From: Lama glama
Lineage: Eukaryota
DNA length: 64,000 nucleotides
Direction of reading: 5' to 3'
Assembly (NCBI GenBank): GCA_028534125.1
Contig: CM052817.1
Span: 97,776,001-97,840,000, forward strand
Part shown: positions 1 to 13,520 of the stretch, one piece after another
How positions within the stretch are numbered: the stretch's first letter is position 1
Layout: every line of letters begins with the position of its first letter
Program-made: the position numbers and the translations under genes
Notes under the pieces: generated by a model
Told to the model about the DNA's origin: nothing
The model's database searches: none
The model's input: the letters and a program-made list of their open reading frames with translations, nothing else

Positions 1-391
1 AAATGAGCTGTGATTATAGTATAATTGAGAATAGTTTCCCCGAGTTCCTAATTTTGTATTATATCCCTTCAGTCAATAGGTTTAGATTCATGAAATCAAC
101 AGAGAAAACACCTACTTTAGTTAAGTACCTATTTGTTGTGTCTTCCTCTCAAATTCACAATGACTAGGTAGGGATGAAAAAAAATTGTTAGCTTCTGAAA
201 AGCATTTTGAGTCTTTAAAATGAAAGTGGAACCCTAACATTGTAGGTAAGGGTGCAATGATTATTTGCTGTAAAAAACTGTTAGCATTTTCAGAATATTT
301 GTGTACTGCCAAATTGCTATGTGGATACTTTTGGGGAAATGAAATCAACACATCCAATCTGTGGTGACAGACCTCTAATCAATCCTGTGCA

Positions 392-428
392 ATTCTAGAG
401 TCTTTCAAATATTCTAGAGTCTTTCAAA
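392..428. repeat. Tandem duplication, period 19 (attctagagtctttcaaa x2)
   Basis: Exact 18-mer at 392-409 and 411-428. Confidence 0.95.
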
Positions 429-676
429 GCAGAACTTAATTTTGCTGTTTTTTAAAATGCTGAAATAAAGATAATAAATACCTTGTTAATCTCTGTTTCA
501 GTTAACTTATATTATGATGATATAACTAGCCTGGAAACACACACTCATTGTCTATAGCTTTTCCTGTTATTTTTAGTAATAAAATAAATATATCTTAATA
601 AGAATATCTTACTATTGACCTATCATCAATAGAGTTTGAAGTTAGTTTTCTAGTAATAATATTCACTTGGGAGATT

Positions 677-905
677 AACACTTGTTGAACATATATTCGA
701 TGCCTGGTGCATTTATAAACTATGAGTTGCTTCATTTATACATATAATCTTCATAATAACTTCCTGAGGTAAGCGTTACTAACTTAGTAAGGAAACTGAG
801 TTTCAGAGAGGCTAAGTAAGTTACCTGAATTAATGAAATGAGAAAGGAATTGTGCTGAGATTTGAATCCAGATCTGTGGGTTGCTAAACTGTGTTCTTTT
901 CACTG
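677..905 (-). mobile_element. MIR SINE
   Basis: Reverse-strand MIR core 'aaggaaactgagtttcagagaggctaagtaagttacc...gatttgaatccaga'. Confidence 0.75.
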
Positions 906-1772
906 CATTAGCTGTACATGCTCCTTTAAATTAGAGTGCTCTGTGACCTTTCCCCATATAATCAAGGACAAACATTATGAGATGCTTGGCGTCTGGGGAG
1001 AAGAGAGTCGGGAATAAATGGTTGAGAAAAAAAAAGTAGTTAGTTAGGTGATCTCTGAACTCCCAAGTCCAGCCCTTGCCCTACCACACTTACCTGAAAG
1101 AACTCTGGTGGATATATACGTATAGAAGATCAGGTCCGGCAAATAGGAGCATTTGATTAATGCCTGTGTTTTTTGTGCATGTCATTCTGGTGCATTTTCT
1201 TGGGATCTAACCTGGACCTTGTGGAGAACCTCTAAGCTCCTGCTCAGGCCAGATGTTGCCCACGTTGCGTTCTTTTCCTCTGCCTCTCTCTTGTTCCCAC
1301 TTGGCTTCTAAGGGAGACAGGAGCAGAGAGGAAGTCACTTGTTCTGCAGTGAGGACAGGGCCTGATTCTGCTCTTCCTGTGGGGAGGAAGCAAATCCAAA
1401 GAGAGAAGTGTTTGTGTTCTTTCTGAAAATGCACGTCCTGGAGCCCCATGTTCCCCCAACCTTACCTTCTGGCACACTCAAATTTTAACTCCCCTATTCA
1501 ACCTTGCGAAAATTATTAGCCTGGGGACCAATAAGTATTCTTGTCTCTTGAAACAACCACGGTGGATGGATTAAGGATAATGGAAATGGAGAAAGCTTAG
1601 TACAGAGGCAGGTAAGGAAGCTGTCAGTTTCTCTTAGCTTTGGGGGAACAGTGTGCATTGATTTCATGGATACCCAACTCATGTTCCTGTCTTTTTTTTT
1701 TTTTAACCATTCACTTAGTATTTATTCACAATTCACATCCATCATTATCGCCTATAGCATGGCTCACTGTTC

Positions 1773-1839
1773 CTTTTTAATTGAGGTATAGTTGATTTAC
1801 AATGTTGTGTTCGTTTCTGGTGTAAAACATAGTGATTTG

Positions 1840-1882
<43 letters not shown>

Positions 1883-2243
1883 CACATATTCTTTTTCATT
1901 ATAAGTTATTACAAACCATTGAATATAGTTCCCTGTGCTATACAGTAGAATCTTATTGTTTATCTATTTTGTATCTAATAGTGTTATTTATCTATTTTGT
2001 ATATAATACTGTGCATAATAGTTAATCCTCAATTCCTAATTTATCCCTCTCCCCCACCCTTTTCCCCTTTGGTAACCATAAGTTTTTTTTTCTATATCTG
2101 TGAGTCTGTTTCTGTTTTATAAAAAAGTTCATTTGTGTCATTTTTTAAAATCCCACATATAAGTGATATCATGTGATATTTGTCTTTCTCTGTCTGACTT
2201 ACTTCACTTAGTGTGAGAATCTCTAGGTCTGTCCATGTTGGTG
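1773..2243 (-). mobile_element. 5'-truncated L1 3' end (cetartiodactyl-type) with internal (TA)n at 1842-1878 and a 28-bp-period internal duplication at 1959-2012
   Basis: 'ttgaggtatagttgatttacaatgttgtg...gaatatagttccctgtgctatacagtag...cacatataagtgatatcat...ctctaggtc' matches the L1 3' UTR read antisense; similar copies at 9.3, 45.8 and 53.9 kb. Confidence 0.9.
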
Positions 2244-2704
2244 ATGCTACCTTTACTCATCCAGTGTGCTCATCTGAGTTAACTAGCTTAGATCTACTTT
2301 AACATTTGGTGAAAACATTTTATCAGCAACAAGGATAAAAGAAATATACAAGAGTCACATCTGACCACATCCTTTATGCACTGTAGTGGAAATGACTTGA
2401 CATGCAATTTGAGATTGAATATCTTCAGAGAAGTCACTCTTAGAACACCTGAAACAAATACGTTCTAAGTATGTGATTAATAGATACAACAATTAAGACA
2501 GTTCCAACTCTTTCTTTCCCAAAACCTATCACTAAGGCTATACCAATCTTCTAAACACATATATCAAAACTAACTGGTTAACCCATAAGGATCCTTTCCG
2601 ATTTATATTGTATAAACAGGGCTTTCTATGCATGTGGTTCTATGAAACCAGGCTGCCATCTTTTCCATGTATTGTCTTAGTCAGAATTTGTCTTGCAAAA
2701 TCTA

Positions 2705-3250
2705 AGTGTGGTAGATGCCATTATATGATTATCCAAAAGCTAAAATCTTTATCCGGCCAACAAAATCCAAAGTTTGTTCAGGTGGGCCATGGACCGTCTT
2801 CAGGGAGTGAATTATGATCGGACTCTTCGTGACAATCTTTCCTGCTTTGTCAGATCCTTGCTGTCCCAGACTTCCTTGTGTAAGGGATGACATATGACCA
2901 GTTCTAGCTAATGAGGCATAAGAGGAATTCTGAGGGGCTTTTTTCCCCCTTCTCCAGATAAAAAATTGTAGCCCTCTTCCACCTGCTGCCGTCTTCCTTC
3001 CTACTTGTGATACTGAAAGGAGGGTGTGATTCCTCGAAGTATACTAGTTGTCTTGAGTTCATAGGGTAATGTGGCTGAGGATAAAGGTCTACACGCTGTG
3101 GAGGGCAGAGCAGAAGGATGGCTGGACTGCTGCACTCAACACTGAACCACAACCTTCTAGAATAAGAGATGGTCCCTGTTAGTGAGATCGTCCCTTCTGT
3201 ACGTCCTACAGGGGAAGCCGCAGGGACCAAGAGAGCATGAGTGCGGGATA
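2705..3250 (+). mobile_element. MaLR LTR, MLT1I/J/K-like
   Basis: 'tcccagacttccttgtgtaagggatgacatatgaccagttctagctaatgaggcataagaggaa' resembles the MLT1 core; ends approximate. Confidence 0.65.
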
Positions 3251-3329
3251 CCCATCTCAGAATTCCAAAAGAAGCTGTAGGCAGATCGGGAGTTATCCAG
3301 ACCAAGGTGGGTAGAAAAAAAATCCTGTA

Positions 3330-3570
3330 AGGAAAGGAATCCAAGCAAAGAGACCAGCACTTGAAAAGGCAGGGCCATATCAGAGAACATGACCTGATGT
3401 GGAAAGTCTGGTAGGTAGTTTAGGGAAGATGGAGCAACAAATGCCAAAGGGTCCAGTGGTGAGAGATGAGGTTAGAGATGGAATAGCGTTCTGATCCTCA
3501 AAGGACCTTTATGCTAGACTGAGGGTTTGGCACTTTATTCTGATAATCAGAGTGCTATTGAGTGATCTTA
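3330..3570 (-). mobile_element. L2 fragment
   Basis: 'gagatgaggttagagatgg...gagggtttggcactttattctga' is the antisense L2 3' region motif. Confidence 0.6.
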
Positions 3571-4089
3571 TATATTATATGACTACATAGCATACATTAT
3601 ATGTTGTAGAAGTTCCAGAGCTTGGAGACAGAGAGATGTTGGAATGAGGGAGAACATGAAGACTATAATGGCTTTTCAATCTTCTAATAAAATGTGCAGA
3701 CTTCATTGACTACCTCTTATTTAGGGCTAATGATGTCCTAGGAAAAGGTCCTGCTGGTATCAATGAGAAGTTTTCATACATAAAGATCAGGGGATCATGT
3801 CTTTGCTCCTGAAACCCATGAGATGGATTCTTAAGCTACAGCATCCATACAAACCTAGAGCGGGGCCTTTTCTGAGAAACAGCAGCTTCCCTCTAAATCC
3901 AGGCAAGTTTTATAGTGCGTGACAGGCATCTAACAAGAGGCTCTTCTAGTTCCCTTTGGGTGCTGACTTTGTGTTCTCAGGTGAGTGCCATTGATAAGCA
4001 GGAAGGCCTTCTGATAACAGTAAGGTCGGCTGCTGCATTCCTGAGCCATGCTGGTGTCTCCACATCCACTGCCAAGCTGTAGAAAGAGA

Positions 4090-4247
4090 GTCAGATTGGT
4101 CAGATCTGAAGGCTTACCTATTGGGATTGGCTGGTTTTGGGAGTGAGGAATTGTGTGTGTGTGTGGCAGGAAGGAAGAGAGAAAGAGAGAAAAGAGAGAG
4201 GTCGGGAACAGCCAGAGCAGAGACACAGATCCTGTCCATAGGTAGGT
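4090..4247 (+). promoter_or_regulatory. Candidate promoter / non-coding first exon (tandem CCAAT boxes, GA-rich leader, splice donor)
   Basis: ATTGG at 4095, 4120 and 4126; GA-rich tract at about 4165-4200; donor TAG|GTAGGT with GT at 4242. Motif-only inference. Confidence 0.35.
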
Positions 4248-4454
4248 GTGTGGCACTGCATTGCCTTTTCTCCTACCCTCCAGGAAATGCCATTTGACCA
4301 GCTGCTCACCCCTACATCGGAAGTGCAGCCTGCCAGAAGCCTGCCTTTGCCTTCTGGCCCTTTGCCTTCGCATCTGAAAGAGTAGTGGCCCAGGGCTCAC
4401 TACACACCTCGGCAATCCAAGCTCTTTGCCCCTGAATCCACCCTCCTCCCTCCA

Positions 4455-4640
4455 CTTCTCTAAAACCAAACAACTTGTGGTTCCAGGAACACAGGTCTGC
4501 TTTGCACTTGCTGTTCACTTTCCCTGGGGTCTCCTTCCTTTCTCGCCTGCTTAGAAGAATCCTATCTATCCTTCAAACCAGCTCATGAGTCACTTTTTCC
4601 AGGAAGAAGATTCTTCTCCCAGAACCACATGTAAATGTTC
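4455..4640 (+). mobile_element. L2 fragment
   Basis: 'ctttgcacttgctgttcactttccctgg...tcctatctatccttcaaaccagctca...ttccaggaag' is typical L2 3' sequence. Confidence 0.65.
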
Positions 4641-4783
4641 ACCATGCCTCCTCTAGGTTCCTCTTCTCCCTGAAACAGCTTCCCTTCACCCACTGGATTC
4701 ATGTATGTATATATATAAAATTTTAATATATGTATATATAATATGTAATAATTTTTATATGTGTATATAAATACATAATAACG

Positions 4784-5130
4784 TTTTAATTGTGGTAAAG
4801 AACACATAAAATTTACCATCTTAACCTTTTTAAGTGTACAGTTTAGTAGTGTTAAGTACTTTCACATTGTTGGACAACAAATTTCCAGGAATTTTCATCT
4901 TGCAAATCTGAAACTGCACCCATGAAACAACTCCACATTTTCCCCTTCCCCTAAACCCTGGCCGTCACCATTCTGCTTTTTGTTACTATGAATTTGATGT
5001 GTCATATAATTGGAATCACACAGTATTTGTGTTTCTGTGATTGCCTTACTTTACTTAGCATAATGTCCTCAAGGCTCATCCATGGTATAACATGTGACAG
5101 GATTTCCTTTGTTTAAGGAGGAATAATATC

Positions 5131-5173
<43 letters not shown>

Positions 5174-5835
5174 TTCACATTTTGTTCATCCATTCAGTCA
5201 TCAGTAGCCATTTGGGTTGCTTTCACCTCTTGGCTATTTTGAATAAAGCTGTAGTGAACATGAGTGAACAGATGTCTCTCTGGGACTTTGCATTCAGTTC
5301 TTTTGGATACATACCTGGAAGTGGATTGCTTGATGATATGGTAATACCATTTTTGATTGTTTGAGGAAACATCATAGTGGTTTTCATAGAGGCTGCACGA
5401 TTTTTCATTCCCACCAACAGTACACAATGGCTTCAATTCTCCACATCCTCACTGACATTGTTATTTTCTTTTTTTTTTTTCAGTTGTAGCCATCCTGATG
5501 AGTGTGAGTGGTACCATCTTTGTGGTTTAGATTTGCATTTCTCTGATAGTTATGTTGAATATTTTTTAATAGCTTGTTGTCCATTTTTATATCATCTTCA
5601 GAGCAACGTCTATTCAAGTCCTTTGCCCATTTTTGTATTGAGTTGTTTCTTTTTTGTTGTTGTTGTGATATAGAAGTTATTTATATATTCTGGATATTAA
5701 CTCATCATCAGATATACTTTGCAAATATTTCCTCCCGTTCCACAGGTTACCTCTTCTCTCTATTGATTGTGTCCTTTGATGCGCAGGAGTTTTAATTTTG
5801 ATGTAGTTTCATTTATCCATTTTTGGTTTTATTGT
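4784..5835 (-). mobile_element. L1MB2/L1MB3-like 3' end with ORF2 C-terminal remnant; (TG)19 at 5133-5170
   Basis: 'ttttaattgtggtaaagaacacataaaatttaccatcttaacc...aagtgtacagtttagtagtgttaagt'; ORF 5223-5417 (PLPGMYPKEL...MFTTALFKIAKR) is L1 ORF2 C-terminus-like. Confidence 0.9.
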
Positions 5836-8800
5836 CTTTGCTTAAGGTTTTGTTAAAATGAATGCCTTCTTTGCATAAATGTTATTTCTGAGCATTTAGT
5901 AGGTAATTTGCTCTAGCCTCTGTTCATCAACCCAATGGCATATGTTTGTAGCTACAATATTCTTATGTATTTGCTCATAACCATAGATGCTGGCCTTATT
6001 CTTAGGGTTGGGTTAAAGGCAGCAATGAGTCTGATGAACAGTTTTGGCCATGAGTGTGTTTTCATCTGGAGCTATTCATTTTTTTGAATTATCATACCCA
6101 GTCCCTGCTTTATTATATATGAGACTTAGCACACATAATATGAGCCTGTATATAACATATATGCCTAAGCTATGTATATGTGTGTTTTATATTTATACAT
6201 ATATATACACATACATATGTATCTGTGTACGTTACATAATATATAAATAAATAAACTGGTCTTTCGTGACTGACTTTATAGGACCGATGGGCTGACATTC
6301 CTTCAGGAGATTATAAGATTATGAGTTGGTTTTGTCTTTTTGAGCTAAAGCAGTAAGGATGAGCTTGACACATATAGAGACAATAGATGGAGCTGGTGTA
6401 AGGTCTATCTTCTTGTTCTGAAAGATGGGCCTGGGGTCACTTTGAGAAGGAAAAGGGCTAACAGCAGGCAGCAGTTTTTAGGAGGGACTGTGAAAGGATG
6501 GTCCTGCTTCAGTCCTCACGGACAGCTGAGTAGGGGACACCTGCCAGGGGCTCTGATGCGCCAAAGACTGTGTCTCTGAAAACTGCATGCCCTTGGCATG
6601 GATTTTGCTGTTTCTGTAGAGGGCATCAGGAACAGGCAGTGTCAAGGTGCCTGGAGGAGGACGTGGGGACACAGGAGCATGAGCAGACATATTTCTAAGC
6701 ACTCAGGAGAAACTATCATGAGCTGAAAATTACTGGGAGGTAAGTTGAGGGAGTCCTACAGTTATGAAGATGGGGCAAAGAGCAGGTATAGTTTGGATAG
6801 TAATATTACTATAGGAAGGGTGCCTGGACGTATTCAGTTCACAAGGTTAGCTACCAAACAGTGGTTAGCATATAGAAACTTGATATTAAAATAATTACCA
6901 CCAGGAAATGCCCAAGTAGGAAAACAAAACCAAAACACAAACCAAAGAACCCCACTGGACTCCTTTGACACAAGGAGAAACTCTTGCGGAGTAGCAAGTG
7001 AGTCCTAGACCTGGCTGGTGTTGGCTTACTGCAAGTTTAAGGAGTTGGTTTGAAGATCATCACTTAATTCTCCTGACAGGTAATTGACAACCAGCATTAG
7101 CAAGAAAGTCTTGCCATAGTAGATTTCAGTTGCATGGAAACAGCGACCACCATTATTTAAAAATAGTGATGGTTTCTTGTGGTTCGGAATATGAGCCAAT
7201 CCTAGATGACTCTAATTGTTACCCTAAAATGTGTCTCATCCTTTCAGGTGGTCACGGGGCAAAGTTATCTTGAATTTGTTTTCTTCCAAGACCTTATAAA
7301 CTAGATGTTGGGATTGGATGGTGGGCACTTATACTCTGGGCCAAGGAGTTTGAGAAAAGAAGTCTTAGTGAGAGACACAGGGCCAAAAGGAAGAAAAAAA
7401 GCCCAAACCGGACTGCAATACATTTAATAAATTATTTCTAACTATTTTTAAATCCTCCTCGAATTAGTAGTGTGGTCGATGGGTTGAGCTTTAGGGAAAT
7501 GAAGTAGTCTTCAGATTATAGCTTTAGGAAGCTTCAAATTTTGCAGTGAAAATTTTAGACACTTTCAATAAAACTGATCGAATTATCCCTAAGTTGAAGG
7601 TAACAACTTGTATAATTTTCTGTTCAAATGGATTATTTCCAACATATTTGTTTTGATAAAATATTTCACTCATGGCTCCCAAAGACGTTTCCCCTTCTAG
7701 GCTGAAATATTTTGAAATAAAGACCTTTGTCTCATCCTTGTATAGTTTCTATTGCTTTTCACATAGTAGGAACTTGAGGTATGTGTCTGCCCCATCTTTG
7801 TAAGTCTCACATTATTTGCATATGGTAGGAACCCAGTAACTAACTGAATGGTGGAGAAAGTGGCAAAGCTTACCTCATAGATGAAATTCTGTGGTAGTTT
7901 TTTTTCTCCAGTGTTTGATATCTAGAGACCTTGAAAATAACATTCGTTGAGTTTTATCAGTGGAAATACCAGTATACAGTTAACAAACTTGGGTATCACT
8001 GAGGTTTGGTTAATTAATGGATCATATAAGTAATTGCTTTGAAAATCAAGAATACTTTTTCTGTCACTTTACTGAAATAACATAAAGCAGCCTCCATTAG
8101 ATTTTTTTTTTCATTCCAGGGATATAAAGAGACTAAAATGAGGGAGACACAGCAGTAAGTATGCAGCACATCCTTTATTACTTAACCAAGGGAAGTTGGA
8201 TACTACTCTGAAAAAAAAAGCATCAAAAGTGTAAAAAAAAAATGTACATCAACGTTGTTTTATGGCCCTTGGCTGGTTATCTCAGCTCTCCTGCACATGG
8301 TGCATTGCCGAGAATATGTGTTTCCAGATTTTTATCTCACTCTCAAGATAGTCCTGGAAACAAGTTAATCATTTTTTCTGGAAGAAATTGAAATTAATAT
8401 TACTCTTGAGGACGAGGAGAGAGCAGATGAAAGCCAGAAAGTATAATATGCTTCTTATGGCTGGGAATCCAATACCAAACCAATCGTGTTTTGGCATCAG
8501 AAATTAAACCTATTGTTCCTATTTGTAATAGTATTTTCTCTCCTATACTGCCTCTGTGCCTTGAATAAATGAGGGCGCTCACAGCTGAACTGATTGCTAT
8601 GGTTACAGGCAATCTGTGTTACATCTCCTGGAAGTAAAAAAAGAGGGTAGTTTAAGGTAAACATTATCCTTTTTTCACAGAGAACAATTCTCTCACAACT
8701 GCACCCCTGACTCAGGCTTCTATGGAAAACATAGGAGGGACGCATTAAGGTCCAGGTTCTAGTCCACTCTGCTGCCCCACTCACCAGTGCACATCCCTGA

Positions 8801-9154
8801 TGCCTGCTGCTTTTTTCACCAGAGGACCGGCTAAATTGGTTTCCGGAGTTTTGGGGTTAGAAGCTGGTTTAGAGTTGCAGGTACAAAGAAATCTGTGAGA
8901 CTTGTAAAGTTATATTTATTATTATAACATATTTGGTAAGCACTGGTATTGTCATTGGCACCAGACAACTAAGCCCTATGACTTCCGATGTTGCAATAGC
9001 TCGTTCCAACAACACTGATACTGACAGCCCCCATGCCTTTCCTTGGCCATGCCTCTCCCCTCAGGGCTTGATGGGGCTTTTGGGTCTTCAGGCTTTGTTG
9101 GGTGAAGAGCTGGTCTTACATTCAATCTTATTTAGTTGGGTTCTCGCTAGCATG

Positions 9155-9240
9155 TATTGAGAGCCTGCTGTATGCCAGCTGCTCTCCTAGGTTCTGGAAA
9201 TACAAAGATGAATCAGTCTCTTCCCTCTTGGGGAATTGAG
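9155..9240 (-). mobile_element. L2 3' terminal fragment
   Basis: 'tattgagagcctgctgtatgccagctgctctcctaggttctggaaatacaaagatgaatcag'. Confidence 0.6.
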
Positions 9241-9277
9241 TCGGATGATTATTATCTTTCCAAGAATGAAAGAGTTC

Positions 9278-9566
9278 TGGCCATCATTAAAAAATCCGCA
9301 AATGATAAATGCTGCAGAGGGTGTGGAGAAAAGGGAACCCTCCTACACTGGGGGTGGGAATTTAGTTTGGTGCAGCCATTGTGGAAAACAGTATATTTTA
9401 GACTTACCCTATGATCCAGTAATCCCACCCCTGGGCATAAATCTAGAGAAAAATATAATTCAAAAAGATACATGGGCCCCAATGTTCATAGCAGCACTAT
9501 TTACAATAGCCAAGACATGGAAGCAACCTAAATGTCCATCAACAGATGACTGGATAAAGAAGTTGT

Positions 9567-9624
<58 letters not shown>

Positions 9625-10090
9625 GGAATACTATACAACCATAAAAAATAAAATAATGCCATTTGCAGCAACATGGTTGGACCTGGAGATCATCATACTA
9701 AGTGAAATGAGCCAGAAAGAGAAAGAAAAATACCATATGATATCACTTACATGTGGAATCTAAAGAAAACAAAACCCAAACAAAGCAGACTCAAATGAAC
9801 TTATTTACAAAACAGAGACAGACTCATAGACATAGAAAATAAACTTTTGGTTGCCAGGGAGGGAAGGGGATGGGGAGGGATAAATTGGAAGCTTGGGATT
9901 TATAAATACTAAAATAGATAAACAAGGTCCTACTATATGGCACAGGGAACTATATTCAGTACCCTGTAATGGTCTATAATGAAAACAAACATAAAAAGGA
10001 ATATATATGTGTAAATGAATCACTATGCTGTACACTAGAAATTAACATATTGTAAATTGACTGTATTTCAATAGAAGAGGGAAAAAAATT
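9278..10090 (+). mobile_element. 5'-truncated young L1 (ORF2 C-terminus, 3' UTR, A-rich tail) with (TA)27 at 9569-9622
   Basis: Translation [33 protein letters not shown]...MEYY is the L1 ORF2 end; the 3' UTR ends 'tgtaaattgactgtatttcaata' followed by an A-rich tail. Confidence 0.95.
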
Positions 10091-13000
10091 TAAAAAGAGT
10101 AAGCTATCAGAGAAGACTTCTTTAGACTTTTTATTCAGGTTTTCCAAAGAGCGTGACCATGGCTGAGAGCAGCTTTTTATGTTTGTAAAGAGAAAGGTTG
10201 CTGGTGGGAGAGACTGTGGTCAACTCTAGATGTTTCAGTGATCTTAGAAGCTGGAGCTAGAATCCTATTTCTCACTCTATACATTTTTCTATATATTTTA
10301 AACCATATCTCATGCTTCCTTGTGTCTTAGCCTTTAGTTCATTTTCCCTCCAGATTCTCTTTTTGTCCTCCTGACTATATTTATAAATGATTTTTTAACC
10401 CCCTTTCTCTCTCTCTCTTATTTTAAGATAATTCCCTTGGTAATTGCAGCTCTGTTGAAATTGGAATTGAAATCAGGAAGTTAATGTTGTAATTCATGAC
10501 TAATGAGTTCATACTTTTCTTTGCAAAAGACAGATATTAATGGCATGCACTAAGCTGACTGATTTCGCTCTCTGCAAGGAAGAGGTTTTATTTCTTGGTT
10601 ACAAATCCAGCTTTTGGGCAAGGGTTGCTGTTTTGTACAAAACATATTTTAAGTCTGATTTTGTTGTGGTGCAGGAAGCAATCCAAGGAAAGCTCAGGGT
10701 TTTAGGTAAACTGGTCAGTACCAGATCTCAGTGGAGATGTATTCATTCTCTTTCTGTTGTTTTAGAGTGGTTTGGTCAGACCTCCAGCAGAATGTCAATC
10801 TCCAGACTTGAATATGGGCAGAAAATCTCGCTGTCCTGACAGCACAGGAAGAGAAACCGTTGAGACCTGGATTCCTATTCCAACAATTCAGCTTCCATTT
10901 CAGAAGTCAGAGTTTTTTAAAGAGCAAACTAGGAGAATTTTAATACTGATGTAAGAATTTTCAGCAGGTTCAATATTCATGCCAGTTGCTTTCATTTGCC
11001 AAAGTCGGGTAGTTTTTATTTTGTCCAAAATAACACACAGTTCACTATCTAGGCTGCTCGGATAGGATTGCCCCTTTAATTCCAGAAGCATCCTTCTGTC
11101 TCTTCAGTTCATCCTGATATTATTTAGGTTACTTTACTTTCTGGAAGGATGTGAAAAGAGAAAGTGCAGCATAAAATTAGCCTGCTTTTTTTTTTTATTT
11201 TTGGCGTTTTAGGCCATAGTGACTGCACTTCTGTGTTTGCTTGCAACAATAATACACCTACTAACTTAGAATTGGACGTGAGCCAGTGTATGAAGGAGGT
11301 GCCCCCATTCATGGAATGGAGAAATTCTATGAATAGTGAGAGTTTGGGCTGAATTATTACAAGTACTTTTTTTTTTTTGCAAAACTACTTTTTATTGCAA
11401 TATTTAGAGTCCTGATATTTCACTATGTCAATCTTTTTGCTTATTGAGAATAATTACTATGAAAGTGTTAATTAACTTCAAAAAGAGGAATATTGAGAAG
11501 CCTGTTAGGCCTCTCAGCATGTAGTCGTGCTTTAGAGACCCATCTTCACACACACACACACACACACGGTAATGTCAAACCTCTTAGAAAACAACCTCAT
11601 ATGAAATTTACCCCTGGAAAGCCACATGAACAGAAAGTAATGGGCAGAGACTCACTTCCAAGGGAGCTTTGTAGAGATGTTCAATCTCCTTGGAAAACAT
11701 TTTCCGGGAGGTTTATGGAAATAGATGAAGATCAGGCATGATGACTTGCTAGATACTGAAGCCACCATGAAGTGACATTTAATGTAAAATGAATAATCAC
11801 ATAGCATATAACAGGCACCAAACATCAACACAAGAGTAATCTGTGTTCAGAGCTCTGAGTTATATATTCCCAAAATGGGCTCTGGACCTGTGTCCAAGCT
11901 GGATTTTAAAATGAGAACAGAAATAGTGCATCTCTTCTTCCTTCTTTCACCACTCAGGCCCAGAGGACTCAGATGCCTTCTCCGAATACGGAAATCTCTC
12001 CAACACTCTGACAAACAAATTGAGGGAGATTATGGGTTTGGTGTGCTGGCTGGTCAACCAGCTGCATCCTCTACAGGTTCTGTTAAATATTTTGTTTTTC
12101 TCCAGAGATTTTATTTCTGACTCTCAATTTGTAATGTGGACATTGGCAAGGTATCCCAAGATTCAGAGTAGGAAGCTGAAATAGTCCCAAACAGGCAAAT
12201 ATGAAAGGAAGCCTGACCTGCTCTGTTTGTTGGTTGGAAAGGGGGTTGTTTCGTGTTTTCCACCAAACATTTCTCCACCCTCACTCCTTGCTTTCCACAT
12301 CCTCCGAGTAGCTGTGAAGCTTTCTCTTCATAAACTCAATTTTTTTGGTCTTAAAAATTGATAAAATGTCCATGCAAACTAGGATTTTTCTTCCTTGTTC
12401 TATGTATTTACTGTTTCTTTATTCTTTGCTTTTTGGTGTCACTTGCCTCTGTAAAACTGGAATCCCAATTAATTTTAATGGTGTCATTTTGACAAAAAGA
12501 CAGAGCCCTACTTTTCAGGTTGCTATTCTCAAGAGCTAGGTCTTCAAGGAACTACATTCATGAAAGAAACGTGGTGCCGTTAAATGATACTTCAACTCTA
12601 GTCAATAGGCAAACATTCTAGAATTGAAACCATTAGATGTCTGACAAAGTGGTAAACTTCCAGGCGTCCATCACCTCATTCTGACAAATGAGCATGTTGT
12701 CCTAGATGTTTCCCCATTTTTTAAAAACTCTTAATATTTTATGGTTTGGGAACTTATAATCCATGGGTGTTGATTATAGTAATTAAAATTCTCCATCCCT
12801 GACCAAAGTACTAACTTTATATTCAGCTAAACTAGAGCCTTCAAGAATTCCACATTTAATAATTCGAATTGAAAAGGTCATTTACTCCCAACTAAAAGGA
12901 AGACAGTTCTAGAAGGGCTGTGGTGCGTAGCATTTGGAATTTGTGGACATCTGGAATGAATCCTCTCCACCTTTTCATTGCTCTTCTTCCCTTCCCAGGA

Positions 13001-13334
13001 ATTCCAAAGCCAGCATGCTCTTGAACTTCATAGTTCTGGATTGTAGATGTATAAGGAATGGAATTAGAGTATGTATTTGTAAATCCCCTCATGGTCACAA
13101 GACCCTCGAAATAGTGTTCATAACAAAAAAAAAAACCCTCTATGTTAGAAAATAATATTTTAATTGAGTACTGTAGAGTTTTTTTTAGAAAAATAGTGTA
13201 AATAGGGGAGTTTTACTAAAAGGATTCTCAAAGGATGATAGTAAGAGAAACTTTCTGTTTTCTAGAATAAAATACCTTGAGTGATTAAAATACTTGGGAA
13301 AAAGTCTGATTTAGTTAAAAGTTCACAGTCCTAT

Positions 13335-13520
13335 TCAAAAAGTGTTGATTTAGGACTACCGTGTTCCAGACACTCTCGTAGTTGCTTTATTTTTCATACA
13401 GTTTAATGCCCACAGTGATACTGTAAAAAAATACTATTATTTTCTTTTCAGATGATGAAAGTGAGTATCAGTAAGCCAGAGCTTCCTTGCCCAAGGATTT
13501 AAATTGAATCTCCTGGCTCC
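13335..13520 (-). mobile_element. MIR SINE
   Basis: 'gatttaggactaccgtgttccagacactc...tttcagatgatgaaagtgag...cttgcccaagg'. Confidence 0.65.

Noticed and set aside
3930..4469. 179-aa minus-strand ORF
   Set aside because: Non-ATG start, runs through (CA)n and CT-rich low-complexity sequence, no recognisable domain.
9236..9763. 175-aa ORF
   Set aside because: L1 ORF2 C-terminus and 3' UTR with a (TA)n expansion; not a host gene.
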